Source of the DNA: Planctomycetota bacterium | GTDB lineage: Bacteria > Planctomycetota > Planctomycetia > Gemmatales > Gemmataceae | NCBI GenBank assembly: GCA_021807595.1 | Contig: JAKBCS010000002.1 | Location: 2,178-66,177 of the forward strand | DNA length: 64,000 nucleotides | Reading direction: 5' to 3' | In this document: piece after piece, positions 46,663 through 57,161 of the stretch | Numbering within the stretch: position 1 is the stretch's first letter | Layout: each line of letters starts with the position of its first letter | Notes under the pieces: model-generated | Told to the model about the DNA's origin: nothing | Databases searched by the model: none | Seen by the model: only the letters and a program-made list of their open reading frames with translations | Program-made: the position numbers and the translations under genes

Positions 46663-47727
46663 ATGGCAGCTTTTCGAATCGCCGTCATCGGCGGAGACGG
46701 CATCGGCCCCGAAGTCATCGATCGAGCCATCCAAGTCGCCGATGCCGCGCGCCGCCACGACAATGCCGTTCTCGACTGGAATCCGCTGCCGTGGAGTTCC
46801 ATTCACTATCAGAAGACGGGGCAGATGATGCCGCCCGATGGCTGGGACATTCTGCGCCGCCACGACGCCATTCTGCTGGGTGCCATCGGCCATCCCGACG
46901 TGCCCGACCACATCACCTTGCACGGACTGCTCCTGCCCATGCGCCGCAAGTTCGATCAGTACGTCAACCTTCGTCCCGCGTATCTGTACGATGGCGTGCA
47001 GTCGCCTTTGCGCGACAAGGCTCCCGGCTCGATCGACATGATGGTCTACCGCGAAAATACCGAAGGCGAGTACGCCCCTATCGGCGGTCGGCTCTATCAG
47101 GGAACGCCGCACGAAATCGCCATTCAGACCAATACCTTTACGCGCCGCGGTTGCGAGCGAATCATGAGGGCCGCTTTCGAGGGTGCTCGCAAACGCCGAA
47201 AGAAAGTTACTTCCATCACGAAATCGAACGCGCAGACTTTCGGAATGGTATTGTGGGATGAGGTTTTCAAGGACGTGTGCCGCGACTATCCTGATGTTGA
47301 GTCGGGATCGTTGCTGGTCGATGCGGCGGCGATGGATTTTGTGCGCAAGCCGGAAGTGTTCGACGTGGTGGTGGCCAGTAATCTCTTCGGCGACATCTTG
47401 ACCGACTTGAGCGCCATCGTCACCGGCAGCATGGGCTTGGCGGCCAGCGCCAACATCAATCCGGAACGGACGTTTCCCAGCATGTTCGAGCCGGTTCACG
47501 GCTCCGCTCCCGACATTGCCGGCAAGGGGATCTCCAATCCGTTGGCGGCCATTCTGTCGGCGGGACTCCTGCTCGACCATCTCGGCCTGGACAAGAGTGC
47601 GAACGCGCTGCGCCAAGCCGTGGCGAAGGTGTTGAAAGACGGCGCGGTGCGAACTCCCGACCTCGGCGGCAAGTCCAGCACAACCGAAGTGGCCGACGCC
47701 GTTCTTGCCGCGCTGCCCCGCGCGTAG
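46663..47727 (+). CDS. isopropylmalate/isocitrate dehydrogenase-family enzyme, closest to tartrate dehydrogenase/decarboxylase (D-malate dehydrogenase)
   Basis: IGGDGIGPEV, GHPDVPDHITLHGLLLPMRRKFDQYVNLRP, TKSNAQ and PSMFEPVHGSAPDIAGKGISNP. These match my recollection of TtuC-type sequences better than LeuB. Confidence 0.8.
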   Translation: MAAFRIAVIGGDGIGPEVIDRAIQVADAARRHDNAVLDWNPLPWSSIHYQKTGQMMPPDGWDILRRHDAILLGAIGHPDVPDHITLHGLLLPMRRKFDQYVNLRPAYLYDGVQSPLRDKAPGSIDMMVYRENTEGEYAPIGGRLYQGTPHEIAIQTNTFTRRGCERIMRAAFEGARKRRKKVTSITKSNAQTFGMVLWDEVFKDVCRDYPDVESGSLLVDAAAMDFVRKPEVFDVVVASNLFGDILTDLSAIVTGSMGLAASANINPERTFPSMFEPVHGSAPDIAGKGISNPLAAILSAGLLLDHLGLDKSANALRQAVAKVLKDGAVRTPDLGGKSSTTEVADAVLAALPRA

Positions 47728-47738
47728 CAACGCCGCAT

Positions 47739-47777
47739 CCTTCCCCTCTCCCGCGTAATCGCGGGAGAGGGGGAAGG
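47739..47777. terminator. bidirectional hairpin
   Basis: CCTTCCCCTCTCCCGCG, loop TAAT, then CGCGGGAGAGGGGGAAGG, with a one-base bulge. It lies between convergent genes. Confidence 0.5.
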
Positions 47778-47789
47778 AACACCAACCAA

Positions 47790-48044
47790 CTAGGGCGCTC
47801 CCGCGGGAGGCAATGCCGGAGGCAACGGCACGGCACCAGCCGCCGCAGCGTTGGCCGCGGCCGCCGTCGCTTCCTGACCCGCCAATTCACGCGGAAGCGG
47901 GAAGGGCGGCGAAGGCGGAATATATTGAGGAGGATGCAGCAAATAGTGCGGCGTCGGGATCGTCATGCCGGCCATTTGCGTTTGACAGCCCGTCAATGCC
48001 AGCACCGCCAAACCCAAGCCGCTCCAACCGAATATCCGTTTCAT
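47790..48044 (-). CDS. small Pro/Ala-rich lipoprotein (hypothetical)
   Basis: MKRIFGWSGLGLAVLALTGC contains a lipobox. About 65 aa of Pro/Ala-rich sequence follow. Confidence 0.5.
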   Translation of the reverse strand: MKRIFGWSGLGLAVLALTGCQTQMAGMTIPTPHYLLHPPQYIPPSPPFPLPRELAGQEATAAAANAAAAGAVPLPPALPPAGAP

Positions 48045-48252
48045 GGGGATCGCACTCCCTCTCGCGGGCCTCGGCCCGATGGATTCCGTCACAGAGTATC
48101 GTGACGATTGTATCGGTTGTCAACGAAGGCGGAATTTACTGGATCTAGCGAAAAATCCGAGTCATAGTGGGTAGGATTTTCCTCTTGCACTTGCCGGTGG
48201 ACTTCGCCCTGGGTGTTGCGAAATCCGGTGGTCGGTAGAAAGGAGTGAAGGC

Positions 48253-49047
48253 GTGGCTCGGATACCTCCCCCTCTGAACGAGGCGGCGCTGCCCTTCGTG
48301 ATGCGCTGGAGCGCGGCAGACAATCCCCTACCGATGCGCACAGTGCGAGTGCCGAGAAAAGCTCGGCGTCCGTCGTTCGGTCTGGAGGCACCGCCTTGGC
48401 TTCCGACTGGACCCACCGACCGACCGTTCGACTTTTCCACGCGCATACGCGCGCTCTGCGCCGACATCGTGCGCCACTGCCCCGAATTGCGGCACGTCGA
48501 TGTTTCGCGTCTCCTTTTCGGCATGACGCAAGCGCGCAGCGGACGCACGCACGGACTGCAAGCGCGCGTCACGCCGATGCGTTTCCGTCGCGGCCAACTG
48601 ACGCGGCAGCGGCGCGGCGGACTCTATCACGTCCAGCGCTACTTCGTCGAAGGGCGCGAGATGCTCTACCTCGTGACCTTTTGTCTGCCGCGCTTTCTCG
48701 ACCGCGATTTCGACGACAAGTTTGTCACGCTGTTTCACGAGTTGTATCACATCGGCCCGCAATTCGACGGCGACCTGCGCCGCCACGAGGGCCGCTGCGC
48801 CTTCCACACCCACAGCAAACGCCAGTACGACGACCACATGGGCCAGATGGCCCGCGCCTATCTTTCCAACGGCGCGGAGCGCTCGCTTCATGCGTTTCTA
48901 CGGCTCAATTTCGCGCAATTGCAGCATCGGCACGGCAGCGTCGTCGGCGCAATGGTGCCGCGCCCGCGCCTTCTGGCCATCCCATCTTCCACCATCGACC
49001 CCAGACGAATCGGCTGCTCGCGCGCCGAGAACAATAGCGAAATTTAA
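48253..49047 (+). CDS. HExxH metallopeptidase-like protein (SprT/DUF45-like)
   Basis: GTG start 7 nt after AAGGAG. It has a single HELYH motif inside LFHELYHIGPQFDGDLRRHEGRCAFHTH. Confidence 0.55.
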   Translation: MARIPPPLNEAALPFVMRWSAADNPLPMRTVRVPRKARRPSFGLEAPPWLPTGPTDRPFDFSTRIRALCADIVRHCPELRHVDVSRLLFGMTQARSGRTHGLQARVTPMRFRRGQLTRQRRGGLYHVQRYFVEGREMLYLVTFCLPRFLDRDFDDKFVTLFHELYHIGPQFDGDLRRHEGRCAFHTHSKRQYDDHMGQMARAYLSNGAERSLHAFLRLNFAQLQHRHGSVVGAMVPRPRLLAIPSSTIDPRRIGCSRAENNSEI

Positions 49048-49206
49048 TATCCCTATAAGGTTTAATCGCGTTCCAATCTTCTCTTGACCTCCCGATGAAT
49101 GTCGCTATAGTCCCGCCCTTCACTCGAGAGGTAATTCATCCTCCCGATCTCGGGAGGGGTTGTGTAAATGGGGGATTCGATCGTCCGCCCAGGGGGAGGT
49201 GCGTAG

Positions 49207-51234
49207 ATGAATCGTTGGATAGCCATCGTGGGGATGGCATTAATCTCGGCTTGTGGCATTAGCTGGGCCGCTTTCGCCTGGGCACAGCCAAACATGGGCA
49301 AACTACCCACCGGCAGCGAACTGTCGGCGGAATTAACCGGCGCGGAATCGGCATCGAATGCCGCGCGTCCGTCCGAAACACCCATTCGTCCACGCGCGGA
49401 TGTCTCGGCTAACCCATCACCCATATCGCCTGTGCCCGCGGGGCAAGTGTATACCGGGCCGTCGATGGCATTTCCGGGTATCGTGCCCTCGGCATCGAAC
49501 GTGCCGCCCGTCAAGGGGCCTGCCGTTACGCCGGTCGGTCCCATGCCGTCGCAGCCGTTGGGCGGCAACATGCCCGTTGGACAGCAATTGCCCGGCGGGG
49601 CGAGCGGAATGCCTACGCTGCCAACTCGTTCGTCACTGCCGATCGAACCGGGGATTACGCCGGTCGCCACGCCTCAAAGTCCGCTGAGCGCCATATCGCA
49701 ACCGTCGAACGCCCCTCAACCGGGTAATGTGCTACCGCCTCTGGGCAGCACGGCGGAGCCGGGCAGCGTGCCGGGGAGCGTCGGTGGAGTGTCGGCCGTC
49801 AACGACGAACACTACGGCGATTCTCCCACTGGTTCGGAGAATGGGGGCAATCGTCAGGAGCCGTCGGTGAGTTTGGAATGGGTGGGGCCATCCACAGCCA
49901 AAGTGGGTCAATCGACCGGCTACAGCCTGGTCGTCCGCAACACCAGCAATGCTCCGGTTCAACAAGTAGTCGTCCGCGCGCGCATCCCCAGCGGCATGAC
50001 CTGTGGCGAGACCGAACCGAAGGCGATAACCGAGGGCAACCTCATGGTCTGGGAATTGGGAGCGCTGCAACCCAGACAGGATAAAAATCTGCAAATGAAA
50101 CTCCTGGCCGAACAGAAGGGCGACGTATCGCCGCAAGCCTGGGTCACGTTTACCGGCTCGGCGCTGACGCACATCAAGGTGCGCGAGCCGAAATTGTCTC
50201 TGAAGGTGCAGGGACCGGAAAAGATTCTGTTGGGCGAGACGGCGGCCTTTACCTTCGCCGTCTCGAATCCGGGCGACGGCTCCGCGGATCGGGTCAAGAT
50301 TCATGCGACCTTGGCGGAGGGGTTGGAGTGTCCTCGCGGCAATAAGATCGATTTCGATATTGGAAATGTTGCCGCTGGAGAAACCCGCAACGTCACCGTC
50401 ATTTGCATGACCAAGTTGGGCGGAGCGCAAAAGTGCAATGTGGCCGTCGAGGCCGATGGCGGTCTGCAGGCCAAGGATACCGCTTCCGTCACCGTCACCT
50501 CGCCGCGCTTAGAGGTGCAGTTGGTCGGGCCGGGTTTGCGATATCTGGGACGCAAGGCGCTCTACTCGCTCAAGGTCAGCAATCCCGGCGACGCGGCGGC
50601 GACGAACGTGACCGTCAGCGATGTGGTGCCGGAGGGATTTAAGATCCTCGCCGCCAGCGACGGCGGACGCCACGACTTCGCGGCGCATACCGTGTCGTGG
50701 TTTCTCGGCGAGATCAAGCCGGGCGAATCGCACGAGGTCAAGGTGGAGGTGCAGGCCGTCAATCCGGGCGAGTTCAAGCACAAGGCCGCCGCCGTCGGGG
50801 CGCACAACCTGAACGCCGAATCCGAGTTGACCACGCGCGTCGAAGGTCTCTCCGCCCTGATGTTGGAAATGGTGGACACCGATGATCCCATCGAAGTGAA
50901 CAGCGAAACCTCGTATGAGGTGCGCATCACCAACACCGGCTCGAAGATGGAGACCGACATAAAACTGATTGCCACCATACCGGATAAAATGGAGTTTAAG
51001 AATGCCACGGGTCCGGTGCGCTACCATCCCGAAGGCAAGACGATCGTGTTCGAGCCGCTCGAAAAGTTGGCTCCCAAGGCCGACGCCGTTTTTCACATCA
51101 ACGTCAAGGCGCTCGACCAGGGCGCGGTTCGCTTCAAGATCCAGATGACCAGTGCCAGTCTGACGGACCCGGTCATCAAGATGGAAGCGACGCGCATCTA
51201 CTCGGACGCCCCCGATACGAAGTCGTCGAAATAG
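49207..51234 (+). CDS. secreted DUF11 (conserved repeat domain) protein
   Basis: It has a signal peptide and a roughly 190-aa Pro/Ser-rich region. Four units of about 110 aa follow, each of the type G....Y.L.V.N.G...A..V.V...P.G. Confidence 0.8.
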   Translation: MNRWIAIVGMALISACGISWAAFAWAQPNMGKLPTGSELSAELTGAESASNAARPSETPIRPRADVSANPSPISPVPAGQVYTGPSMAFPGIVPSASNVPPVKGPAVTPVGPMPSQPLGGNMPVGQQLPGGASGMPTLPTRSSLPIEPGITPVATPQSPLSAISQPSNAPQPGNVLPPLGSTAEPGSVPGSVGGVSAVNDEHYGDSPTGSENGGNRQEPSVSLEWVGPSTAKVGQSTGYSLVVRNTSNAPVQQVVVRARIPSGMTCGETEPKAITEGNLMVWELGALQPRQDKNLQMKLLAEQKGDVSPQAWVTFTGSALTHIKVREPKLSLKVQGPEKILLGETAAFTFAVSNPGDGSADRVKIHATLAEGLECPRGNKIDFDIGNVAAGETRNVTVICMTKLGGAQKCNVAVEADGGLQAKDTASVTVTSPRLEVQLVGPGLRYLGRKALYSLKVSNPGDAAATNVTVSDVVPEGFKILAASDGGRHDFAAHTVSWFLGEIKPGESHEVKVEVQAVNPGEFKHKAAAVGAHNLNAESELTTRVEGLSALMLEMVDTDDPIEVNSETSYEVRITNTGSKMETDIKLIATIPDKMEFKNATGPVRYHPEGKTIVFEPLEKLAPKADAVFHINVKALDQGAVRFKIQMTSASLTDPVIKMEATRIYSDAPDTKSSK

Positions 51235-51259
51235 AGAAAGTGGTCTAGCCCAGAAACGT

Positions 51260-51290
51260 AAGAGAGCGCGGAAGCCATCCGCGCTCTCTT
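51260..51290 (+). terminator. intrinsic terminator after the DUF11 gene
   Basis: AAGAGAGCGCGGA, loop AGCCA, then TCCGCGCTCTCTT. This is a perfect 13-bp stem followed by CGTTCGTT. Confidence 0.6.
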
Positions 51291-51453
51291 CGTTCGTTAG
51301 CCCCGCCGCGAAAGCCAGTTCCATTCGCATCGAGAATCTGCTTCGGCAAATCGACGCTTGGACTTGATTCTTCTTACGGCTCATTTATACTCCGCCGCTC
51401 GCATGTGATGCCGTGTCCAAGATCGCGCATCCCGTTGTGTTGGCCGTTTCTCG

Positions 51454-54400
51454 GTGACGACGCTGCAATGCGGCGACGAAGAGACAGCGACCCTCTCAGG
51501 AGACGCCGTGGTGAGGTATCCCTCGTTCCGCTGGCTGGCAAGCCTGCTCGCGTTGATGCTGGCGGTCGGCAACTGTGCCGTCCCAACGCTGCGCGCACAG
51601 GACCGCTCCGCCGCAGTGCCGCCGCCTCGCGCTTGGTGGAACGTCCCGCCCCAGCCGCCGCCGCCGCAGCCGCCCTCGCCAGTGCCCAGTGGCGGGAACG
51701 GAGTTCAACCGGCCGCGCCCAATTCTCCGATCTATCGTTTGCAACGAGACCAACGCGGCGAAGCCAAACCGCTCATTCTCGATGCCGACGAAATCGCGAG
51801 CTGGAATGAGAAAGTCGGCACCACCGAGTATTGCGTCTTTTTGTTTCGCGGTTTAGTGTTCGCGCAACAAGGCATCGTGCAAGCGCGCTTCGAGCAAGGG
51901 GTAGCCTGGATCGATCTCGCCCACTATCGCTTCACCAACAAAATGCGCACCGTGATCTATGCCGAGGGGAAAGTACGCATCGACGACGGCTCGACGGTGC
52001 GCGACTACCCGCGCGTCGTTCTCGATCTGACCACGCGCGGCGAGTTCCGCGTGAACGCCTATAAGAACCCTTTGATTCGCCGGGCGTTACGAGACGATCC
52101 GCTCGTCGAACGCGCCCGCGCCGCGGGGGTGGGGCTGCGGATTCCCTCGACAGCGACACCGGCTCCGCCGGCGATGCAACAAACCTCGTTCGAGCGGGAA
52201 CGCCAATTGCGCCTTCCCCCCACGATACAGCCCTCGCCGACACCCCAACCGAGCGTTTCGCCGAACATGCAGCCGTTGCCTCCTCTGCCCAGTTCGCCAG
52301 CGCCCTCCAGCGCCGCGCCGCCCTCTGGACCCATCCAGCGCATCGCTCATTATGGCCCGGTGGACGACGAGAGGAATACATCGCCACCGATGGGATCGAC
52401 TCCGGCGACCACGATTCCACCGCCGGGACAAGCGGGGCCGCCGGCCGCAAGCCCCACGGCTCTTCCGGGCGCGGGACCACAACCCGTGCAAACCGATGGT
52501 TTGGCCAACGGCTCGCCGCCGGCTCCCGAAAGCGCAGTGCCGCCGTCCGGCCCTCTGCGCGTGCCACCCGACACGGCTCCCCTGCCGCCGCCCTCTCAGG
52601 CCACGCCGCCGCCCTCTGGCAAGGCCGTGCGCGTCACCCCCAATTTCCTGGTCGCGCCGCGCCAGGGAGGCAAGGATCTCCAGTTTCGCAAGTATCCCGG
52701 TCCGAATGGCGAGTCGATCTTTATCATCACCGGCGGCGTCCTTCTACAAGTGCGTAACGCCAACCGCGTCGGCATGATCGACATGGCGGCGGATCGCATC
52801 GTCATTTGGACCAACAACGACGCGACGAACCTGGAAACCAACATTCAGCAACAAGCGGGACATTCCAGCAATGATATGGAAGTTTACCTATCCGGAAACG
52901 TCGTTATCTATCAGCAGCCGACCGTGAATCCCAAAGGCGATCAACGCACCATCAATGCCGACGAAGTGTACTACGACGTCAATCGCAGCGTCGCCATCGC
53001 CAAGAATGGCCGCCTCGAACTCAAGCAGCCGATGATGAACGATCCCATCATCGCCACGGGGCAGGAAATCAGACAAACCTCGATTAACACGTTCGAGGTT
53101 TCCGAAAGCGAAGTGTTTTCGAGCCGGTTGCCTTCGGACCCCGGCCTCAAAGTGTATTTGCAAAACGGAACCATTGAGGATCGCACGATCCCCCTGCGCA
53201 ACATTTTCGGCCTGCCCGTCCTCGACCGCGCCACCGGTCAGCCGGTGATGTCGCGGCAATCGATTTTGACCGGCGACAACACGTTCTTCACCATGGAGAA
53301 GTTCCCGTTCTATTGGCTGCCCCACGTCTGCAACAATTTGCAAGAACCGCTCGGCCCAGTGCAGAACTTTAATTTCGGGTTCAATCAATTATTCGGTGCG
53401 CAATTCGGCGTGTCGTTGAATCTTTACGAAGTCCTCGGCTTGCAACCTCGACCGTCCACGCAATGGTTGCTCAACCTCGATTACATGAGCTATCGCGGCC
53501 CCGGAGTGGGCACTCTCTATAGCACGTCGAGCAGCGAGGTCTTCGGCGTGCCGGGCAACTATAGCAACACGTTGCGCGCCTACGGCATGTACGATCGCGG
53601 CTACGACATCCTCGGCGGCCCGCGTCCGGTGAACAATTTCCGTCCGCCGAACTTTCGCGGCTGGGCGCTCGACCGCATCGTCGACGAGAACATGCCGTAT
53701 GGATTTACGGTCTTGTCGCAGATCTCGCCGGTCAGCGACCGCAACTTCATCGAGCAGTACTATCAACGGGCCTGGGATCTCGATCCGAATTTCGACACGT
53801 TTTTGTTCGTGAAACAACAAGAGGACAATTGGGCTTGGTCGGGGATGGCCATGCCGCGCTTGCGTCCGTGGGTGACGATGACACAAGACTTGCCGCGCTT
53901 GGACGGCTGGCTCATCGGCCACGATTTTTTTAATTGGATTACCTATACCACCCACGCCAACGCCGAATACGCCGTGCTCTCGACATCCAACGATCCTCTG
54001 CCTCAAGTCAGCGCGACGGATCAAAATATCTCGACCGGACGCCTCGACTGGATGCAGGAGGCCGAAGTTCCGTTTTCGTTGGGGCCGATGAAGCTGGCAC
54101 CGTATGCTCGATGGGAGTTGACGGGCTACTCGCGCGATTTGCTGGGCAATCCTATCGGGCGCTCGTGGGAGGCCGGCGGAGTCCGCGCCAGCATTCCGTT
54201 CACCCACCTTTACTCCGATGTCGCCAGCGAATTGTGGAACCTCAACGGACTCAATCATAAAATTAGCTTTAATGCGAATTACGTCAGCGCGTACAGCAAC
54301 GTGTCGTATACCCTCTTGCCGCAATTGGATCGCCTCAACACCGACGCCGCCAATCAGGCGCTGCGCGACATTCGACCCTATCAACTCCTGTTCAATCCCA

Positions 54401-55125
54401 ATGCCGTTTTTGGGAACAATGGCTTGAGTTTGATCTTCTCGCCTTATTTTAATACGCCGCAGACCTATGCCATTCGCCGATTGTTGTTCGATCGCTACAT
54501 CGACACGTTGGACACGATCCAAGAGTTGCAGTTGCAAGTGAGCCAGCGTTTGCAGACGAAGCGAGGCTTTCCCGGCTCGCAGCACATCGTCGATTGGATG
54601 ATGCTCGATCTGAGCGCTTCGTTCTTCCCGGCGGCCAACCGCGATAACTTCGGCCATGAATGGTCGTTCTTGCAATACAACTGGTTGTGGAACGTCGGCG
54701 ACCGTACGGCGTTGACTAGCACCGGCTGGACCGATCCGTTTCCCGGCGGTGTGCGCGTATGGACCATCGGCGGCTATTTCAATCGTCCCGACCGGACCAA
54801 TTACTATCTCGGTTTCCGCTACATCGATCCGCTGATGGTCCGGGCGGCCACCGTGTCGATGAGTTATATCTTCAGTCCCAAGTATGCGGCGACCGTGAGC
54901 AGCACTTACGACTTCGGCACCGGCGAAGCCTTCGCCAACTCGCTGATGTTCACGCGCATGGGATCGGATTTGCAAGTGAGTCTCGGCGTCTCGTACAACG
55001 CCTTGCAGAACAACTTCAACCTGTTGTTCAACATCGTGCCCAATCTGTTGCCGGCCAACAAGGCCTTCGGTCCCATGGGAGCGGGCGGCGCAGGCTCGCA
55101 GGGCGTACTCAACTCGAACTTCTGA
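51454..55125 (+). CDS. LptD/OstA-like outer-membrane protein with a long Pro-rich insert
   Basis: OstA-like strands are present (DMAADRIVIWTNND..., LSGNVVIYQQP...INADEVYYDVN). A large C-terminal region follows that is rich in aromatic/Gly beta-strand patterns. The protein ends in ...NSNF, a terminal Phe. The likelier start is the GTG at 51508 or 51511, just after AGGAGA, which gives a signal peptide. Confidence 0.6.
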   Translation: MTTLQCGDEETATLSGDAVVRYPSFRWLASLLALMLAVGNCAVPTLRAQDRSAAVPPPRAWWNVPPQPPPPQPPSPVPSGGNGVQPAAPNSPIYRLQRDQRGEAKPLILDADEIASWNEKVGTTEYCVFLFRGLVFAQQGIVQARFEQGVAWIDLAHYRFTNKMRTVIYAEGKVRIDDGSTVRDYPRVVLDLTTRGEFRVNAYKNPLIRRALRDDPLVERARAAGVGLRIPSTATPAPPAMQQTSFERERQLRLPPTIQPSPTPQPSVSPNMQPLPPLPSSPAPSSAAPPSGPIQRIAHYGPVDDERNTSPPMGSTPATTIPPPGQAGPPAASPTALPGAGPQPVQTDGLANGSPPAPESAVPPSGPLRVPPDTAPLPPPSQATPPPSGKAVRVTPNFLVAPRQGGKDLQFRKYPGPNGESIFIITGGVLLQVRNANRVGMIDMAADRIVIWTNNDATNLETNIQQQAGHSSNDMEVYLSGNVVIYQQPTVNPKGDQRTINADEVYYDVNRSVAIAKNGRLELKQPMMNDPIIATGQEIRQTSINTFEVSESEVFSSRLPSDPGLKVYLQNGTIEDRTIPLRNIFGLPVLDRATGQPVMSRQSILTGDNTFFTMEKFPFYWLPHVCNNLQEPLGPVQNFNFGFNQLFGAQFGVSLNLYEVLGLQPRPSTQWLLNLDYMSYRGPGVGTLYSTSSSEVFGVPGNYSNTLRAYGMYDRGYDILGGPRPVNNFRPPNFRGWALDRIVDENMPYGFTVLSQISPVSDRNFIEQYYQRAWDLDPNFDTFLFVKQQEDNWAWSGMAMPRLRPWVTMTQDLPRLDGWLIGHDFFNWITYTTHANAEYAVLSTSNDPLPQVSATDQNISTGRLDWMQEAEVPFSLGPMKLAPYARWELTGYSRDLLGNPIGRSWEAGGVRASIPFTHLYSDVASELWNLNGLNHKISFNANYVSAYSNVSYTLLPQLDRLNTDAANQALRDIRPYQLLFNPNAVFGNNGLSLIFSPYFNTPQTYAIRRLLFDRYIDTLDTIQELQLQVSQRLQTKRGFPGSQHIVDWMMLDLSASFFPAANRDNFGHEWSFLQYNWLWNVGDRTALTSTGWTDPFPGGVRVWTIGGYFNRPDRTNYYLGFRYIDPLMVRAATVSMSYIFSPKYAATVSSTYDFGTGEAFANSLMFTRMGSDLQVSLGVSYNALQNNFNLLFNIVPNLLPANKAFGPMGAGGAGSQGVLNSNF

Positions 55126-55217
55126 GATGGCGCGGCTGGACTGGACGCTCCGGCACGGGATGAGTACCCTACCGTCCGTTCGATGTCCTCATTGGCGCGA
55201 AGAGGCATAAGAGAATC

Positions 55218-55664
55218 GTGACGATCGCAAACTCCTCGCCCCGTTTGTCCGCTTTCGACGAAGGCCCCTCCCCCGTGCCCTCGCGGCGTTCGTGGAACGA
55301 ACGGCTGCGACCGGCCTGTCGCGGCGTCAAGCTCGGCGTGCGCGGTCATTCGCGCTTCTTCGTCCATTTTTTCTGCACCGCTCTGGTGGTTGCCGCCGCC
55401 ATCGTGTTGCGATGCGATCTCGCTCAGTGGTGCATCCTCCTCGGTTGTATCGGCATGCTTTTGTGCGTCGAACTTCTCAACAGCGCCCTCGTCGCCTTGT
55501 TTCGCGGCCTCGACGATGAGAGTCGGCTGCGGGCCGCGCCCTGTTTGGACATCGCTTCCGGAGCGGTCTTGTTGGCGATCGTCACCACCGTTCTCCTCGG
55601 CGCTTTGATTTTTCTCTCGCGCCTGATCGAAATGTTCGCGCCGCTCTTTTCAAGTAGACAGTAA
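55218..55664 (+). CDS. dgkA: diacylglycerol kinase (DgkA) family membrane protein
   Basis: 148-aa ORF with a GTG start, three TM helices, VELLNSAL and DIASGAVLLA motifs. Confidence 0.6.
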   Translation: MTIANSSPRLSAFDEGPSPVPSRRSWNERLRPACRGVKLGVRGHSRFFVHFFCTALVVAAAIVLRCDLAQWCILLGCIGMLLCVELLNSALVALFRGLDDESRLRAAPCLDIASGAVLLAIVTTVLLGALIFLSRLIEMFAPLFSSRQ

Positions 55665-55741
55665 CGGCTCTCGTCGTAGTAAAATCCTCATGCGGCCGCT
55701 TGCGCGGTTCCGCAGCCGATATCCTTCAACGTGGAGCCATT

Positions 55742-57151
55742 ATGAGCGCCGACACCTCCATTCTCAACTGGTTGGACAGCCACCACGATCAATTTGTGGA
55801 AGACCTATCCGCTTTGGTCGCCATTCAAAGCATCAGCACCGACGGTAAACATCAAAAGGAAGTCGAACGATCCGCCGATCTCACCTGCGCGCAGATGCGC
55901 GCCGCCGGTCTGCACGAGGTTGATATTCTCCGCACCGGCGACTCCAATCCCTACGCCTACGGCGAATGGCTCGGCGCGCCCGGCAGGCCAACCGTTTTCC
56001 TCTATGCCCATCACGACGTTCAACCGACCAATTTTCTCGCGCAATGGCAATCGCCGCCTTGGGAGTTGACGCGGCGCGACGGCCGCTTGTTTGGACGCGG
56101 CTCCGCGGACGATAAAGGGGCCATCACGGCCCAACTCGCCGCCGTCTCCGCCTGGCTCAAGACGAAAGGCCAATTACCCGTCAACGTCAAAATGGTCGTC
56201 GAGGGCGAGGAAGAGATCGGCTCCTCGAATCTGCTCGATTTTTTCCGCGAACACCAACGGCGTCTGCACTCGGATGTCATCGTCGTCTGCGACACCGAGA
56301 ATCTCGACACGGGGCTGCCGAGCATCACCTATGCCTTGCGCGGCATCGTCGCCGTCTCGGTCGAAGTCGAGAGCGGTCACTTGCCGGTTCACAGCGGCAT
56401 GGCCGGCGGAGCGCTTGCCGACGCGGCCCTGGCTTTGAACGTCGTTCTGGCGCGCCTCTATTGGGGCAACGGCCCGCTGCCCATTCCGCACTTTTACGAC
56501 CGCGTTCGTCCCTTGACACCGGCCGAACGGCAAACACTCTCCGCCCTACCCGGCGACGAAGCGAAGTTCCGCGACGACCTCGGCATCTTGCCCGGCGTCC
56601 GCTTTGCCCTCGAATCCCATCGCACGGTGTACGAGCAAACCTGGCGCAAACCGGCGGTCACGGTCATCGCGCAGGAAGCCAGTTCCATTGAAGGCGCGTC
56701 CAATCAGGTCTTGCCCCGCGCGAAAGCCATCGTCAGTTGCCGAATCGTGCCGGATCAAGAGCCGCAAGAAGTGTACGAACAACTCAAGGCGGTGTTGACG
56801 AAGGATCCGCCGTGGGGCGTGAACGTCAAAGTCGAACAACTCGGCAAGCCGGTGAAGTGGTGGATGACCGATCCCACTGGCCCTGCGTTCGAGTCGGCGG
56901 TGGCGGCGATGCGCGAGGGGTTCGGCAGGGATCCCATCTCCATCGGCTGCGGCGGCACCATCGGCTTCGTCGGCCCGTTAGCGGAACTATTCGGCGGCGC
57001 TCCGGCCCTGTTGCTCGGCATTGAGGATCCCAAGAGCAATGCCCATGCTCCCAACGAGAGTTTGCACGAAGGCGATTGGAAAAAACTGATGCGCTCCCTA
57101 TCGCACCTCTTCGCCAACCTCGGCCGTCTCACTAGCGACAAGGTGAAGTAA
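55742..57151 (+). CDS. M20-family metallopeptidase (dipeptidase / ArgE-DapE-CPG2-like)
   Basis: YAHHDVQP, GRGSADDKG, VEGEEEIGS and a C-terminal HAPNE. Confidence 0.85.
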   Translation: MSADTSILNWLDSHHDQFVEDLSALVAIQSISTDGKHQKEVERSADLTCAQMRAAGLHEVDILRTGDSNPYAYGEWLGAPGRPTVFLYAHHDVQPTNFLAQWQSPPWELTRRDGRLFGRGSADDKGAITAQLAAVSAWLKTKGQLPVNVKMVVEGEEEIGSSNLLDFFREHQRRLHSDVIVVCDTENLDTGLPSITYALRGIVAVSVEVESGHLPVHSGMAGGALADAALALNVVLARLYWGNGPLPIPHFYDRVRPLTPAERQTLSALPGDEAKFRDDLGILPGVRFALESHRTVYEQTWRKPAVTVIAQEASSIEGASNQVLPRAKAIVSCRIVPDQEPQEVYEQLKAVLTKDPPWGVNVKVEQLGKPVKWWMTDPTGPAFESAVAAMREGFGRDPISIGCGGTIGFVGPLAELFGGAPALLLGIEDPKSNAHAPNESLHEGDWKKLMRSLSHLFANLGRLTSDKVK

Positions 57152-57161
57152 CATTCCAGTC

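Noticed and set aside
45970-47730. 586-aa ORF antisense to the lipoprotein gene and the tartrate-dehydrogenase-like gene
   Set aside because: The plus-strand dehydrogenase is unambiguous from its motifs, and the antisense product is Arg/Gly-rich with no recognisable domain.
53389-54975. 528-aa ORF antisense to the LptD-like gene
   Set aside because: Same reasoning. It is opposite a long ORF with OstA-like motifs and an OMP-type C-terminus.
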